From a virus (lineage: Duplodnaviria > Caudoviricetes), in the IMG/VR virus record IMGVR_UViG_3300020131_000101, positions 1,091-65,090 of that record: DNA of 64,000 nt. The stretch is one strand, 5' to 3'. Made by a program: the position numbers and the translations under genes. The notes beneath the pieces were generated by a model. It ran no database searches and was not told the DNA's origin. It worked only from the letters and a program-made list of their open reading frames with translations. Every line of letters starts with the position of its first letter. The stretch's first letter is position 1. Shown here piece after piece: positions 27,346-36,573 of this stretch.

Positions 27346-27624
27346 TTAATCAGGCGCTTCCGTGAAGGTCACGTAGTACTTCTTACCCTCTCTCAGCTTT
27401 TCCACAACGCCTGCATTCCGGACCGACGCCGTGAATTCCGCGCACGGAGTCCAATGGCCGAAGATCGCGTTTTCCGACATCTGCTGCTTCTCCGTCGATC
27501 CTTCCCATACGGCGCCGAAGCGCAGGCGAGATGCCGGAATTGGGGAGTTATCCGACGCGCACAACGTGCCGCCGGATTGAATCGAGTGGAGCTGCAGCTT
27601 GCAAACCATGATGGCTTCAGACAT
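27346..27624 (-). CDS. Hypothetical phage protein
   Basis: AGGTG RBS; EN..F..WTP...GKKYYVTFT. Confidence 0.7.
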   Translation of the reverse strand: MSEAIMVCKLQLHSIQSGGTLCASDNSPIPASRLRFGAVWEGSTEKQQMSENAIFGHWTPCAEFTASVRNAGVVEKLREGKKYYVTFTEAPD

Positions 27625-27841
27625 ATGTCACCTATAAGAGAAGATGCCCTTTCGGGCTGATATAGGGGTTTTGTCTTACAGTCTTGCGCCCCAGATTGAA
27701 GAGGGAGTCCGCAAACGGCACTGACGTTATTTCGCGCCATAACCTAAGAAGCGGCGGGCCGATCATGGTGCCGCATACCTGCGGCTGTTCCTACCCCGGT
27801 CTTTGGGAAGCCTTGGAACAATGGATGCAATCAGCGCTGTC

Positions 27842-27928
27842 ACCCTCATGACAGGCCACTACCCCATTCCGTCCGCCTCACCAGTGGGACTGGCTTGTCA
27901 GGTTTAGGCAGTGACCTTTCATGAAGGC
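27842..27928 (-). ncRNA. Putative structured RNA (long G-U-containing stem) in the late leader
   Basis: GCCUUCAUGA-A-AGGUCACUGCC pairs with GGUAGUGGCCU-G-UCAUGAGGGU using four G-U pairs that only form on the minus strand. Confidence 0.45.
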
Positions 27929-28056
27929 CCGAAATAAAAAACCCGGGCACCTTTCGGCTACCCGGGCGAACACTCGGAGGAGTTGGGAGACAACTCAAAT
28001 AAAGTACCCCGCGCGAGCGGGGAAATGGGCTCGTCTACGCAACGCACCCTTGGAGT

Positions 28057-28245
28057 TCAGTCGGCAAAACCAAGAACTGTGCCTTTTAATACTTCGGCAC
28101 TCACACCTTCGCACTGCTCATCCTGCGTCTTGCGCTGGTCTGACTTCAGTACTTGACTGATCGGCCGACATTCAGCAGCACGCCTGGCAGCCTCGATCAG
28201 ATCAAAGCCCAGCTCGCGCCGGCGCTGGTCGTTTGCCGCGCTCAT
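28057..28245 (-). CDS. Small hypothetical protein
   Basis: ATGA overlap with the upstream ORF. Confidence 0.45.
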   Translation of the reverse strand: MSAANDQRRRELGFDLIEAARRAAECRPISQVLKSDQRKTQDEQCEGVSAEVLKGTVLGFAD

Positions 28246-28389
28246 GACAGGCTCGCCTTCCGATCACGCTCCTGCACTGGCCAGAGTTGGCTGCGGATGA
28301 CTTCAGGATCCGGAGGCGGCTTGTGCGACTCAACAATCTCGCGCATCCACTCGCGCACCTGCTCCTTCGACGGTTGATGATGTTCCATG
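28242..28389 (-). CDS. Small hypothetical protein (MEHHQPSKEQVREW...)
   Basis: GAGGAGG RBS; first ORF after the putative late promoter; start approximate. Confidence 0.5.
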
Positions 28390-28418
28390 ACTACCTCCTC
28401 AGCAGGTGTGTAAATGCG

Positions 28419-28450
28419 AAAGCCCCGCAACTTTCGCTGCGAGGCTTTTT
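28419..28450. terminator. tR'-like terminator downstream of the Q-like gene
   Basis: AAAGCCCCGCAA/CTGCGAGGCTTTTT hairpin. Confidence 0.65.
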
Positions 28451-28558
28451 CAAGTGACACTTATACACCTTATCCGATAAGTGCCTATTTTCCGCATTTT
28501 TCGATCGAGCGGTTCGAAGACATTACACATTTTCGGAGAATGTGACATTTCCGTCTGC

Positions 28559-29203
28559 TCAGCGATTGATAGCGCCGATGAAGCCAGCCTGCCAAAGGGC
28601 CTCACTCGCCGCTGTGATAGCCCTGAAAATCTCGCCAATCTTCCGATTCGGGACGTCCCTCTTCTTGTCGCCGGTGAGCCACATGGTTAGGATCATGTTG
28701 TGGGCAGAGGCGGTGTCGCGATCAACGCCGCACTCATCCGCCATGTCGCCAATCTTGTGCTTTACACCGAATTGGCGCTCAACAATACTCCGGCGGAGCT
28801 TGTAGTGGGACAGCTTGCCGGTCAGATGCTGCATCGCTTCCGTCGTGACGATGTCTATTGCAGCAGACCACTCCTTGTTCACTTTGGCCCCAGAGCAGCA
28901 CGGAGCTCGGCACTCGCAGGGGATGTCGCGCGGGGCGTAATTGGCGATGACGATCGCCTCATAGAATGGACCGAGAGCGGCCATCTCCCGACGGATCATC
29001 CCAGCCTGCCCAGAGCCGTCCAGGCCTGCCAGACCCTTGCCGCTTCTCGATGTCTTGTCAGCCATGCGGTTCATGAGCGGCCGGTCATATTGCTGCGCCG
29101 AGAAGTGATAGGCAAATCTCAGTGCGTCGTCCGCACTCTTGAAAAGCGGCTCGATACAGAGCTGCTTCACTTCGTTGTCATCTGCTGTTAGTTCTATCGT
29201 CAT
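28559..29203 (-). CDS. Putative late-gene antiterminator (Q-like)
   Basis: LF.SA..AL.FAY, GL.GLDG.GQAGMI, CxCxxxCC; last gene of the nin-like region. Confidence 0.7.
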   Translation of the reverse strand: MTIELTADDNEVKQLCIEPLFKSADDALRFAYHFSAQQYDRPLMNRMADKTSRSGKGLAGLDGSGQAGMIRREMAALGPFYEAIVIANYAPRDIPCECRAPCCSGAKVNKEWSAAIDIVTTEAMQHLTGKLSHYKLRRSIVERQFGVKHKIGDMADECGVDRDTASAHNMILTMWLTGDKKRDVPNRKIGEIFRAITAASEALWQAGFIGAINR

Positions 29204-29281
29204 CTCGGCACCTTATGAAAAGCCCCGGTTGAGGTTTACGTGCATATTCTATTTCCGGTCAGCACGACCTCGGATAGCCCT

Positions 29282-29515
29282 TTAGTCGATGTCGACGGAT
29301 GCCTTGACTTGGCCGACAACGTATTGCCTGCTTGCACCAATGACCGTTACGTCGAGCATGGGGACACTGATCGAGTATGGCGTGTGATGCGTAGCACCAC
29401 GGAACTTGGCAACAGCCTGGGTGACTGCATCCCTGATCTCCTGCTCCATCGCGGCCTTCGCCTCTTTGAATTCCTCTAGATCCATTACCGCTGCCTTTCG
29501 AACTGTGTCATCCAA
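29282..29515 (-). CDS. Hypothetical phage protein
   Basis: ORF in the coupled minus-strand array. Confidence 0.55.
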   Translation of the reverse strand: MDDTVRKAAVMDLEEFKEAKAAMEQEIRDAVTQAVAKFRGATHHTPYSISVPMLDVTVIGASRQYVVGQVKASVDID

Positions 29516-29682
29516 TCAATTGCCTCGATGAACTTGTCAGCCATCCACATGAACCCCTTATAGAGGCACCATAGGATGATCCCCACCGATAGCAATGCGA
29601 CGATCACCGTCACAAGTACATCTGCCGCGCCGTTCATTACCGGCACGCCAACGAAATCTTCAATTTTCATCGCTTGCTCCAT
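29485..29682 (-). CDS. Small membrane protein
   Basis: Single TM segment. Confidence 0.5.
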   Translation of the reverse strand: MEQAMKIEDFVGVPVMNGAADVLVTVIVALLSVGIILWCLYKGFMWMADKFIEAIDWMTQFERQR

Positions 29683-30094
29683 CTACAGTCCAAATTCCCG
29701 TTTCACGGTTACGAATGAGAAGAAGTCCGCTCTCTTTGCGAACCTTCACCTGCGGCAGCCTTGTCCATACCTCCGGGAAGGCCTCGATCGATCCCCTCAT
29801 GAGCTCCTCAACCCCCATTTCCGCGCGCGGCGCGAAGAACGTGCTGTTCGAACCTGGCCGGCTGTCGACGGAGTAGTCCCAGAATGACAACGCCGTGAAG
29901 CCCCAGCCGCCGAGGCTCGTAATAACAGCGATGTAACCGTCCCGAGTATCCTGTGGCGCCAGCATCTGATCCAAGCGATTGAGCTTCTCAAGGTGCCGAT
30001 TGAAGTAAAGCGGCCGCATCCCCCTTGTGAAGAGATAGTGCCCAGGCTCTCGATGGCAGCCGAAGTACAGCCACTCCCTTGCGAATTGGTTCAT
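29660..30094 (-). CDS. Hypothetical phage protein
   Basis: LYFGC...GHYL, GFTALSFWDYSVDSRPGSNSTF. Confidence 0.65.
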   Translation of the reverse strand: MNQFAREWLYFGCHREPGHYLFTRGMRPLYFNRHLEKLNRLDQMLAPQDTRDGYIAVITSLGGWGFTALSFWDYSVDSRPGSNSTFFAPRAEMGVEELMRGSIEAFPEVWTRLPQVKVRKESGLLLIRNRETGIWTVDGASDEN

Positions 30095-30105
30095 GCCATA
30101 TCCCA

Positions 30106-30411
30106 TCAGCTGAATGCATCCAATGCCGGATACTTGAATTGAAAAATGCGCGTCTTCGGGCCTGGTCGCTTCTCATCGACGTGCCCGGTAATCTGGATCA
30201 GCCCGGACTCAATCAGGATGTTCAGCTTTCGGTACTGGCTTGGCTCGAGCTTGTATCCGAACTGCCTGAAGATGCCGTCCTCGGCAGTGAAGCACTCGCA
30301 GTCCGAGAACATGTGGTAGAGCTGATGTAGGAAATCGCGGTTGATGGGCGGGAGGGTTCGGTACTCCGTGGCCTCGAATAGCGCCGTTGGCAATGCAATA
30401 AAGTCCGTCAT
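30106..30411 (-). CDS. Hypothetical (possible winged-helix) protein
   Basis: GGAGG RBS, ATGA overlap. Confidence 0.6.
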   Translation of the reverse strand: MTDFIALPTALFEATEYRTLPPINRDFLHQLYHMFSDCECFTAEDGIFRQFGYKLEPSQYRKLNILIESGLIQITGHVDEKRPGPKTRIFQFKYPALDAFS

Positions 30412-30875
30412 GATCCCTCCCTCTCCTGAAACTTCAGCCCCATATCGGCACGACGCTTGAACTCGGCGATGGCCTTGTTGATGTCGTCGCGCAGCGCGAC
30501 CTTCAGCTGCGCTTCGTGCAGATCGTAGAAATCGCGCAGCGCCTGAATCCCCAGGCCATCAAGCCCATAATGGCCGTGCGCCTCGCCGCGGTCGGAACAC
30601 CGCTTAACGGCCGCCATGGCGCTGTAAATCATCTCGCCGTATTCCTCACCGACTCCCGCCTCAGCCAGGAGCAGGGCGATGTTCACGGCATAGACCAGTG
30701 TGGCCAGGTGCTTCGCCGTGCCTCTGCCTTGTGTCATGGCGTCAATGACGCAGCAGTAGTCGATCAGGACCGCCGCGCGCTGCTCGTCGGTAAGCGGCAT
30801 GCGCTGCTCATGAGCCTTTCGCTCCGCTTCTGCTCGTCGAGCCTTGCGCTCCTGCGCCCGCTTCCTGGTGGTCAC
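30408..30875 (-). CDS. Hypothetical phage protein
   Basis: Coupled ORF of 155 aa. Confidence 0.65.
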   Translation of the reverse strand: MTTRKRAQERKARRAEAERKAHEQRMPLTDEQRAAVLIDYCCVIDAMTQGRGTAKHLATLVYAVNIALLLAEAGVGEEYGEMIYSAMAAVKRCSDRGEAHGHYGLDGLGIQALRDFYDLHEAQLKVALRDDINKAIAEFKRRADMGLKFQEREGS

Positions 30876-31087
30876 GCCCGCCCCTTCCGCTTTCTCAAAT
30901 AGGGCCGGTCATTCACCCACTTCCGCGACTCATCCTTGCCCCAAAAACGACTAGCCTCATTCATTTCGAGATGTAGCCGTGGCATCTTGTCAATAACGAC
31001 AACCTTCCCGAGGCGGACCGATTCCACGATCAGCTCTTCAATCTGGCCGGCAGCCTTGCCATTGATGAAAAGAAGGATCGGCATCAT
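30872..31087 (-). CDS. Hypothetical phage protein
   Basis: Coupled ORF of 71 aa. Confidence 0.5.
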   Translation of the reverse strand: MMPILLFINGKAAGQIEELIVESVRLGKVVVIDKMPRLHLEMNEASRFWGKDESRKWVNDRPYLRKRKGRA

Positions 31088-32784
31088 GCGGCCTCGAACA
31101 TGCTTGGCTGGGCCACCACTTGACCGCTGCGGCGCTTAGACAGGAATTGCTGAGCCAGCGCCTTGATGCGCGAGTCGTCCGAGTGGACGGCCTCGAATAC
31201 GGCGCCAGGGTCAACGATGCCTGATGCCTGAGATGCTTTGATTCCAAGCAAATCCACCATTGGCGGGTCGGAACCGTCCTCGCTGTTCAGGTAGATCGCC
31301 GTTACCTGCTCAGTCTGGCCTTCCCGATCAAGACGGCCGATGACCTGCTCATGAACCTTCGGCGACCAGTCCAGCTCGCCAAACACGACCGTCGAGCACC
31401 GAAACTGCAGACCGTCAAGACCGGCGCCGGAGCGCAGGGACATGATGAAGAGATTTGTCTTCCCTTCAATGAATGCCTGCTTGGAAGCCTCTTTCTGGGT
31501 CGGGCTTTCGCTGCCCGTGTACATCACAGGGTTAAAGTCCGCCAACTCCTTGAGCCAGATCTCGTACACATCGCGGTGCCAGCCCATGAGCAGCAGCGGG
31601 ACGCCGGCCTCGAGCAGGATGCGGACGTATGCAGCGACCGCGCGAGCTTTGCCGACACCGGTTGCGTGGCGCGCCAGCAGATCAAGCTCCCGGGCGGCCT
31701 GGCCGCGTTCGACAAACGATCCGGTGGTTGCCTTGATGGCCAATGCCTGCGCCAGGGCAGCAATGTCCTGCAGCGCCTTCTCGTCGCTTTCCACGATCTC
31801 GACGATCCGGTTGATGGGCGGAACCTGCTGGCCGACCTCGCGCTTGGTGCGCCGGATGAAGGCATGCTGTTCCCGCAGATAGGTGCCGAGCGCCTCCGGA
31901 TCCCTGATGCGGCCATTGTCGTCCGTCCACTCCCGCATGAAGTCTGGATACTCGCCGAGAACGAACCGGTCGATGCATCGCATGATGTTCCAGATCTCGG
32001 TGCCGTAGTTGTAGATCGGGGTTGCGGACAGGCCGAGCCGGAACTCAGCGTTTTCAGCCAGATGGAAGGCAGCATTCCCCTTTCCACTTGCCGAGCCGGT
32101 ACGGAGTTCCTGCACTTCATCGAACGCCACTGCCTTGAACACCCGCTCCTTGAAGAAGTCAACCCAGCCGAGCAACTGGCTGTACTTGAAGATGTACACG
32201 TCCGCATCCGGCAGGTTGTATGGCTTGGTGCCCTTGATCTTATGGGTTCGCAACGTGGTGAACGCTGCGAGTTTCTCCGCCCATTGCCCCTGGAGGTGGG
32301 TCTGCACCACTGCAGCTGCTGGCCGCGCCTCCGAAATAAGGAAGAAACCTGCGGCCGTGTAGGTTTTCCCGAGTCCGAGGTCGTCACCAAGCAGGAGGCC
32401 ACGACGGCGGCGCAGCACCTCAATCGCCTGGCACTGATACGGACGGATCAACTGCCCCTCTCGCAATCCGACGTACGCCGGCGGCTGGTAGTCTGGCTTG
32501 AGGATTCGCTCCATCTCGGCAAGCTGCGCCTCGAACGCAAGATGACCGTTATGCAGGTCGGTCGCGTCCGCATCGGATATGACCATCGGGTACCGCGAAC
32601 AGAACCATGCCAGGTCTGCACAGGTCGCGAAGTCGTTCTGGAACTCGAAGCTGTCGGTCTGGTGCTTCGGGATCCGCGGGAATAGCTGCTTCAGGCGGAT
32701 GGCCACGTGCGGCTCAATGCCGGTCATGACCCAGCGCGCGCGGTCGACGCGAAGTCCCAGCTTTCCATATGTGCGGAAGGACAT
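31084..32784 (-). CDS. SNF2/SF2-family helicase
   Basis: RPYQ, GDDLGLGKT, FDEVQ, LSATP, GAGLDGLQ, QVIGRLDREGQ. Confidence 0.92.
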   Translation of the reverse strand: MSFRTYGKLGLRVDRARWVMTGIEPHVAIRLKQLFPRIPKHQTDSFEFQNDFATCADLAWFCSRYPMVISDADATDLHNGHLAFEAQLAEMERILKPDYQPPAYVGLREGQLIRPYQCQAIEVLRRRRGLLLGDDLGLGKTYTAAGFFLISEARPAAAVVQTHLQGQWAEKLAAFTTLRTHKIKGTKPYNLPDADVYIFKYSQLLGWVDFFKERVFKAVAFDEVQELRTGSASGKGNAAFHLAENAEFRLGLSATPIYNYGTEIWNIMRCIDRFVLGEYPDFMREWTDDNGRIRDPEALGTYLREQHAFIRRTKREVGQQVPPINRIVEIVESDEKALQDIAALAQALAIKATTGSFVERGQAARELDLLARHATGVGKARAVAAYVRILLEAGVPLLLMGWHRDVYEIWLKELADFNPVMYTGSESPTQKEASKQAFIEGKTNLFIMSLRSGAGLDGLQFRCSTVVFGELDWSPKVHEQVIGRLDREGQTEQVTAIYLNSEDGSDPPMVDLLGIKASQASGIVDPGAVFEAVHSDDSRIKALAQQFLSKRRSGQVVAQPSMFEAA

Positions 32785-33155
32785 TACAGCCACCCCTTGC
32801 TTAATGAAGCCACGCTCGCCGGTTTGCCGCCGATGTCGGCCGGCAGATGCATACAAACCGATGTCACCAACACAATCGCCTTGACCGACTCATGCGCGGA
32901 ATACCGCTCAAGCTGTCGATAGATCGCCTTCCGCTGCCCCTTGATCTTCACCTCGACGGCAACACCGCCATCAACAAGGAAGTCCACGATGTCCTTGTCC
33001 GAGAGCCGTGCCTCACGCTCGAACTCAACACCGCCAGCGTCCAGCACCGTCGCAATCTGGACTTGAGTTTGCTTCTCATCAGTGAGTGAAAGCTTGCTCA
33101 CTTCGATCAGATTGGTGACTGCACGAACTGCAGCCTGGATGTCAGCGGCGATCAT
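32784..33155 (-). CDS. PD-(D/E)XK nuclease-like protein
   Basis: E..., FERE, IVDFLV..VAVEVK, QLERY. Confidence 0.75.
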   Translation of the reverse strand: MIAADIQAAVRAVTNLIEVSKLSLTDEKQTQVQIATVLDAGGVEFEREARLSDKDIVDFLVDGGVAVEVKIKGQRKAIYRQLERYSAHESVKAIVLVTSVCMHLPADIGGKPASVASLSKGWL

Positions 33156-33805
33156 GCTGAAGCTCCATCGGCAACTGGCCGCCGGCACATCCGCATCCAC
33201 TCTTCCGGCACCTGCTCGTATGACTTACCGGCAATCGGCATCAACACCGCGACACACTCGGGAGCCCCATCGAACTGGACGATAATCGGTTTCTGCGCCT
33301 CGTCCGGCTCCTGCCAAAAGCGAATCACTGGATAGCCCTCCCGCTTTCCATTCAGCGGATGAGCCTTAATGATCTTGGCCAGCAGCGTGCAATTGATGAA
33401 TGAGGCGACGGTACGCTTGAGCTTGCTGAAATCCGGCATAACGACGCGGAAGTCAGGGAATCGATGCCCGTCACGCATCTCGACCATGCATTTGCGGGGC
33501 TGGACGTATAACTCCTGCTCCAGGCTGTCGACGACGATCAGGCGCTGCTCCTCGAGGTGGATATGGACCTCGCGCGCCTTGTTGCAGTGCTTGATGGCGT
33601 CCGGATGCACCGAGAAAGTCGCCGGCACAGGGCAGACTGCCTCGGCGTCGATAATCGCCATCAGCATGTGGCCATTGGTTGCGACCAGCACAGCACCTCC
33701 ATCTGGATGCGGCTCGATGTGGATGGCATTCAGCCAATAGCGGACGTCCTTGCTGCCCATGAAGTGGGCGAGGGACGGAAGGTACTTGGCTTGGAAACGG
33801 ATCAT
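33152..33805 (-). CDS. Short DNA polymerase III beta-clamp-like protein
   Basis: DVRYWLNAIHIE..LVATNGHML, RFPDFRVVMP, terminal AVLMP. Confidence 0.75.
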   Translation of the reverse strand: MIRFQAKYLPSLAHFMGSKDVRYWLNAIHIEPHPDGGAVLVATNGHMLMAIIDAEAVCPVPATFSVHPDAIKHCNKAREVHIHLEEQRLIVVDSLEQELYVQPRKCMVEMRDGHRFPDFRVVMPDFSKLKRTVASFINCTLLAKIIKAHPLNGKREGYPVIRFWQEPDEAQKPIIVQFDGAPECVAVLMPIAGKSYEQVPEEWMRMCRRPVADGASA

Positions 33806-33830
33806 TTTTGCCTCTGTTCATTTCCTCTTG

Positions 33831-34394
33831 TTACGCCGGCAGACCGCGCAGCTCGTAGTACCGGTTCATGAACATCGTGTATGCCTGCTTGTCATTAACA
33901 GGGACAATGATCTCCGGCAGCTCTGGTATCCCGTCCGTCGACTCCCAGTCCTCATCGTCTTCAGGCATGAGGTCGCGACGCTCCGTGGCGAGCATGACCA
34001 GATCGGCATACTTGACGTAGTCCGGTAGTGGATTGCGTACACCAAATCGCGCAAAAACCACCCGCTCGACGCGCTTCTCGATGATCTTGAAGTCTGGCAA
34101 TAGGTTCTTCAGCGGCTTCGAGACGTCGCCCGTGAAGGCCTCTGCCGCATCGTGCATGAGCGCGTCATAGGCGAATTCAGGCGGGACGATGTAGCTGGCC
34201 ATGACTGAATGCTGCGCAACAGAGTAGAACTCGTTGCAATGTCCGGTGAACCGGCACAGCTTCGAAATGCTCGCCGCGATGTCGTAGATGGAGAACTGGT
34301 TAGTATCTGGCTCCACGAAGTCGAAGTACCGGCCTGAGCGGATCTGTATCTCATCTCGGCGAGCAGGCCGGTTGCTGTCAATAGACGTATTCAT
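33831..34394 (-). CDS. HD-domain 5'-deoxynucleotidase (YfbR/YfdR-like)
   Basis: CRFTGH..FYSVAQHS, ALMHDAAEA..GD..P.K, K.AD..LATERRDL. Confidence 0.9.
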   Translation of the reverse strand: MNTSIDSNRPARRDEIQIRSGRYFDFVEPDTNQFSIYDIAASISKLCRFTGHCNEFYSVAQHSVMASYIVPPEFAYDALMHDAAEAFTGDVSKPLKNLLPDFKIIEKRVERVVFARFGVRNPLPDYVKYADLVMLATERRDLMPEDDEDWESTDGIPELPEIIVPVNDKQAYTMFMNRYYELRGLPA

Positions 34395-34395
34395 T

Positions 34396-34821
34396 TCAAT
34401 ATTCCTCGATCTTCCACCCGCCGCCTTGCTTCGCCGGCAGCTTGATGCACTTGAAAAAGCGGAACCAGGGGAGAACCTCAGCGCACAGCTTGATCTTCAT
34501 CTGCCCCTTGTCGGTCGTGAAACCGCCCTTTGTTTCGTGAATCCCAACAGTCATGTCCGCGTGCAGGACAAGGAAATCTGGCTCGTAGTACGTGTTGTCA
34601 GCCAGCCGGACGCGCAGCGCGTGAAACTTGTAATCGATGATCAGACCCTGCGCCTTCTGTGCCTCGAGCTTGTCGGAGTACTCACGCTCGGTCTTATTCA
34701 TCCGATCCTTCGGCAGGCGGCCAAGCGCCTGGAAGCGCTTTACAGCCGCCTGCGCCTGCTCAGCCTTCTGGCGCGCCTCGAAACCCGCCAGCTGCCCCTC
34801 ACTCCACCGCACTCCCTTCAT
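34396..34821 (-). CDS. PD-(D/E)XK endonuclease (DUF1064-like, putative resolvase)
   Basis: MNKTE..Y, YEPDF, HETKG. Confidence 0.8.
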   Translation of the reverse strand: MKGVRWSEGQLAGFEARQKAEQAQAAVKRFQALGRLPKDRMNKTEREYSDKLEAQKAQGLIIDYKFHALRVRLADNTYYEPDFLVLHADMTVGIHETKGGFTTDKGQMKIKLCAEVLPWFRFFKCIKLPAKQGGGWKIEEY

Positions 34822-35051
34822 GCGCACTTCCTCCGGAACCAGAAATTCCACAGGCCGTACAACCAGCCCATGGCCGACGCGAGCGCCGTGATGAACACGC
34901 CCCATGACTCAGGATTGAACGAAGTCCATAGCCACACCGGCACCCCGGCGACACCGAACAGGCACGCCGTGCGCTGGAGGCGTTGCGACCTGGACTGCGA
35001 CAGGAAGATGGCGGGGACGGTCGTCACGGCGATCAGGAACTGTTCGATCAT
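34818..35051 (-). CDS. Small three-TM membrane protein
   Basis: MIEQFLIAVTTVPAIFL...; ATGA overlaps on both sides. Confidence 0.65.
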   Translation of the reverse strand: MIEQFLIAVTTVPAIFLSQSRSQRLQRTACLFGVAGVPVWLWTSFNPESWGVFITALASAMGWLYGLWNFWFRRKCA

Positions 35052-35380
35052 GCGCAGCGATGCGTGCGCGTCTTGGATGCGGTCGGCTGGAACGACGCCA
35101 CCGTCGACACGATGCCGGCCAGTTCGCGGATTTCCCTGATCGTCATGCCGGACACGTCGTGCATGCGCACCATCAGGGCCGCCGAGAGCTCCGCCTTCTT
35201 GCTGCGCAGCTTGCTGACCATCGCCGGGTCGATCCGGAGCGCTTTCGACAACTGGGCATCGTTCGGGACCTTCAGGCGTGCAGCGAGGACGTCCAGGAGG
35301 TTCTCCGGCGTATAAGCTGGGTTGGTCAGGTTGTCGTCGACAAGCGAGACAACTCGCTTTTCTTGAACGCTTGCATTCAT
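35048..35380 (-). CDS. HTH DNA-binding protein
   Basis: PENLLD..NDAQLSKAL..P..VSKLR...RMHD.SG..IRE. Confidence 0.8.
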   Translation of the reverse strand: MNASVQEKRVVSLVDDNLTNPAYTPENLLDVLAARLKVPNDAQLSKALRIDPAMVSKLRSKKAELSAALMVRMHDVSGMTIREIRELAGIVSTVASFQPTASKTRTHRCA

Positions 35381-35670
35381 GCTTCTTCTCCATTGTTATG
35401 CTGCTCCTGCAGCGGATAAACACCTGACAGCCTCCGCAACTCATCCATCGGCTTGCCGGTTACCTTGTTGATCTTCTCGAGCAGGGCATCGCCTATCGGC
35501 AGCACACGCTTCCTGGCCTTGCTGATGAGGGCATGGGAGACGCCGAGCTTTTCTGCCATGGCGGAGTCGTTCTTGACACCCATCCACTCGATAACGTGGT
35601 TCAACAGCAGGTTCGGCCGGTAGAACGGCGAATCGAGCAGATGACGCCTACTTGTGTTCGGTATTCCCAT
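35377..35670 (-). CDS. HTH DNA-binding protein, paralogue of the neighbouring gene
   Basis: PNLLL..KNDSAMA..L.V...ISK.R...LPIG. Confidence 0.75.
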   Translation of the reverse strand: MGIPNTSRRHLLDSPFYRPNLLLNHVIEWMGVKNDSAMAEKLGVSHALISKARKRVLPIGDALLEKINKVTGKPMDELRRLSGVYPLQEQHNNGEEA

Positions 35671-35833
35671 TCCCCTGCTTCTCCCTTTCTTGCTCTTCTC
35701 GATCTGCTTTGCCGTTCGACCAACCCAGCCAAAACGACTGCCCCTTCTCGCGCCTCGGCTCCTCCCCGCCGGCCAGTCCGTGCCTGTATCCGGCGGCATA
35801 CTCGGCTTGTCCCTTTGCACCGACTTTGCTCAT
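35648..35833 (-). CDS. Small hypothetical protein
   Basis: Coupled ORF; Y.AGY.HG..W..GW. Confidence 0.5.
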   Translation of the reverse strand: MSKVGAKGQAEYAAGYRHGLAGGEEPRREKGQSFWLGWSNGKADREEQEREKQGNGNTEHK

Positions 35834-36573
35834 GAAAGCGTCGAGAGGTTTCTGCCAGTAGCCACCTCCTGCGCCAACCGAGCAGCGATTGGCGGTACGG
35901 AGCGATCACCATGGCTGATCCGGTCGAGGAGCTTGCCGACCCAAGCGCGGTGATCCACCTTGTCGCTGTTGAATGCCTCCGCCGCGCCGTAGTCCTGAAC
36001 CAACTGCTCAGCTCGCTCCTTGGATAAGGCCGTTTGACCAGGCGCCGGAAGTGAAAGGGTCGGCTGCGGGATGTCCCCCCATGCGCCCTTTGCAAGCTCG
36101 GCCGCCAGCGCCTTCTCCCACCGGACCTTGATCTGCGAATAACCCAAGTTCTTCAGGTCGAAAGCGCCGACCGCGATTGCTGCGAAGAAAATCGCCGGGT
36201 GCGACCACTCCCCTACCTCGCCCCGATCCCGCGCCGTAACGCCGTTCACTGCCTCGTAATAGGCGGCCAATGGATCCAGCCTCGGCTTACACATCTCGAG
36301 AAACTCCGACCAAGTCGGAGGAAACTGCGCCTTGTCGCATGCCTTGAGTCCACGCTTGATGTCGGCGAATGTCATGCCGTTCTCGCGTATCTTCTGCGCC
36401 CAAACCTGCTTCATGTTCTCGATACCCGTGTCCTTCCCCGACACCACATGGCCGCTGCGCCACTTGTCCAGGAACTGGTTGCCGAAGGCTCCATGCAGTT
36501 GGCCGAACAGCCAATCCATCGGATCACCCGACGATCCGGCAGTCTGCATCGAGGGTAATTGGCTGTTTGTCAT
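35830..36573 (-). CDS. Replication protein P-like helicase loader
   Basis: LF..L...FG..F..KW, GL..C....PPT..EF...C; follows the initiator. Confidence 0.75.
   Translation of the reverse strand: MTNSQLPSMQTAGSSGDPMDWLFGQLHGAFGNQFLDKWRSGHVVSGKDTGIENMKQVWAQKIRENGMTFADIKRGLKACDKAQFPPTWSEFLEMCKPRLDPLAAYYEAVNGVTARDRGEVGEWSHPAIFFAAIAVGAFDLKNLGYSQIKVRWEKALAAELAKGAWGDIPQPTLSLPAPGQTALSKERAEQLVQDYGAAEAFNSDKVDHRAWVGKLLDRISHGDRSVPPIAARLAQEVATGRNLSTLS

Noticed and set aside
31351-32685. 444-aa plus-strand ORF (likewise 39392-40363, 21539-22609, 51342-52715, 62462-63997)
   Set aside because: Antisense to well-supported genes; no recognisable domains
33831-34394. HD hydrolase as DatZ of a 2-aminoadenine (Z-base) pathway
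   Set aside because: No PurZ, MazZ or phage polymerase in the window; fits the common YfdR-like prophage family
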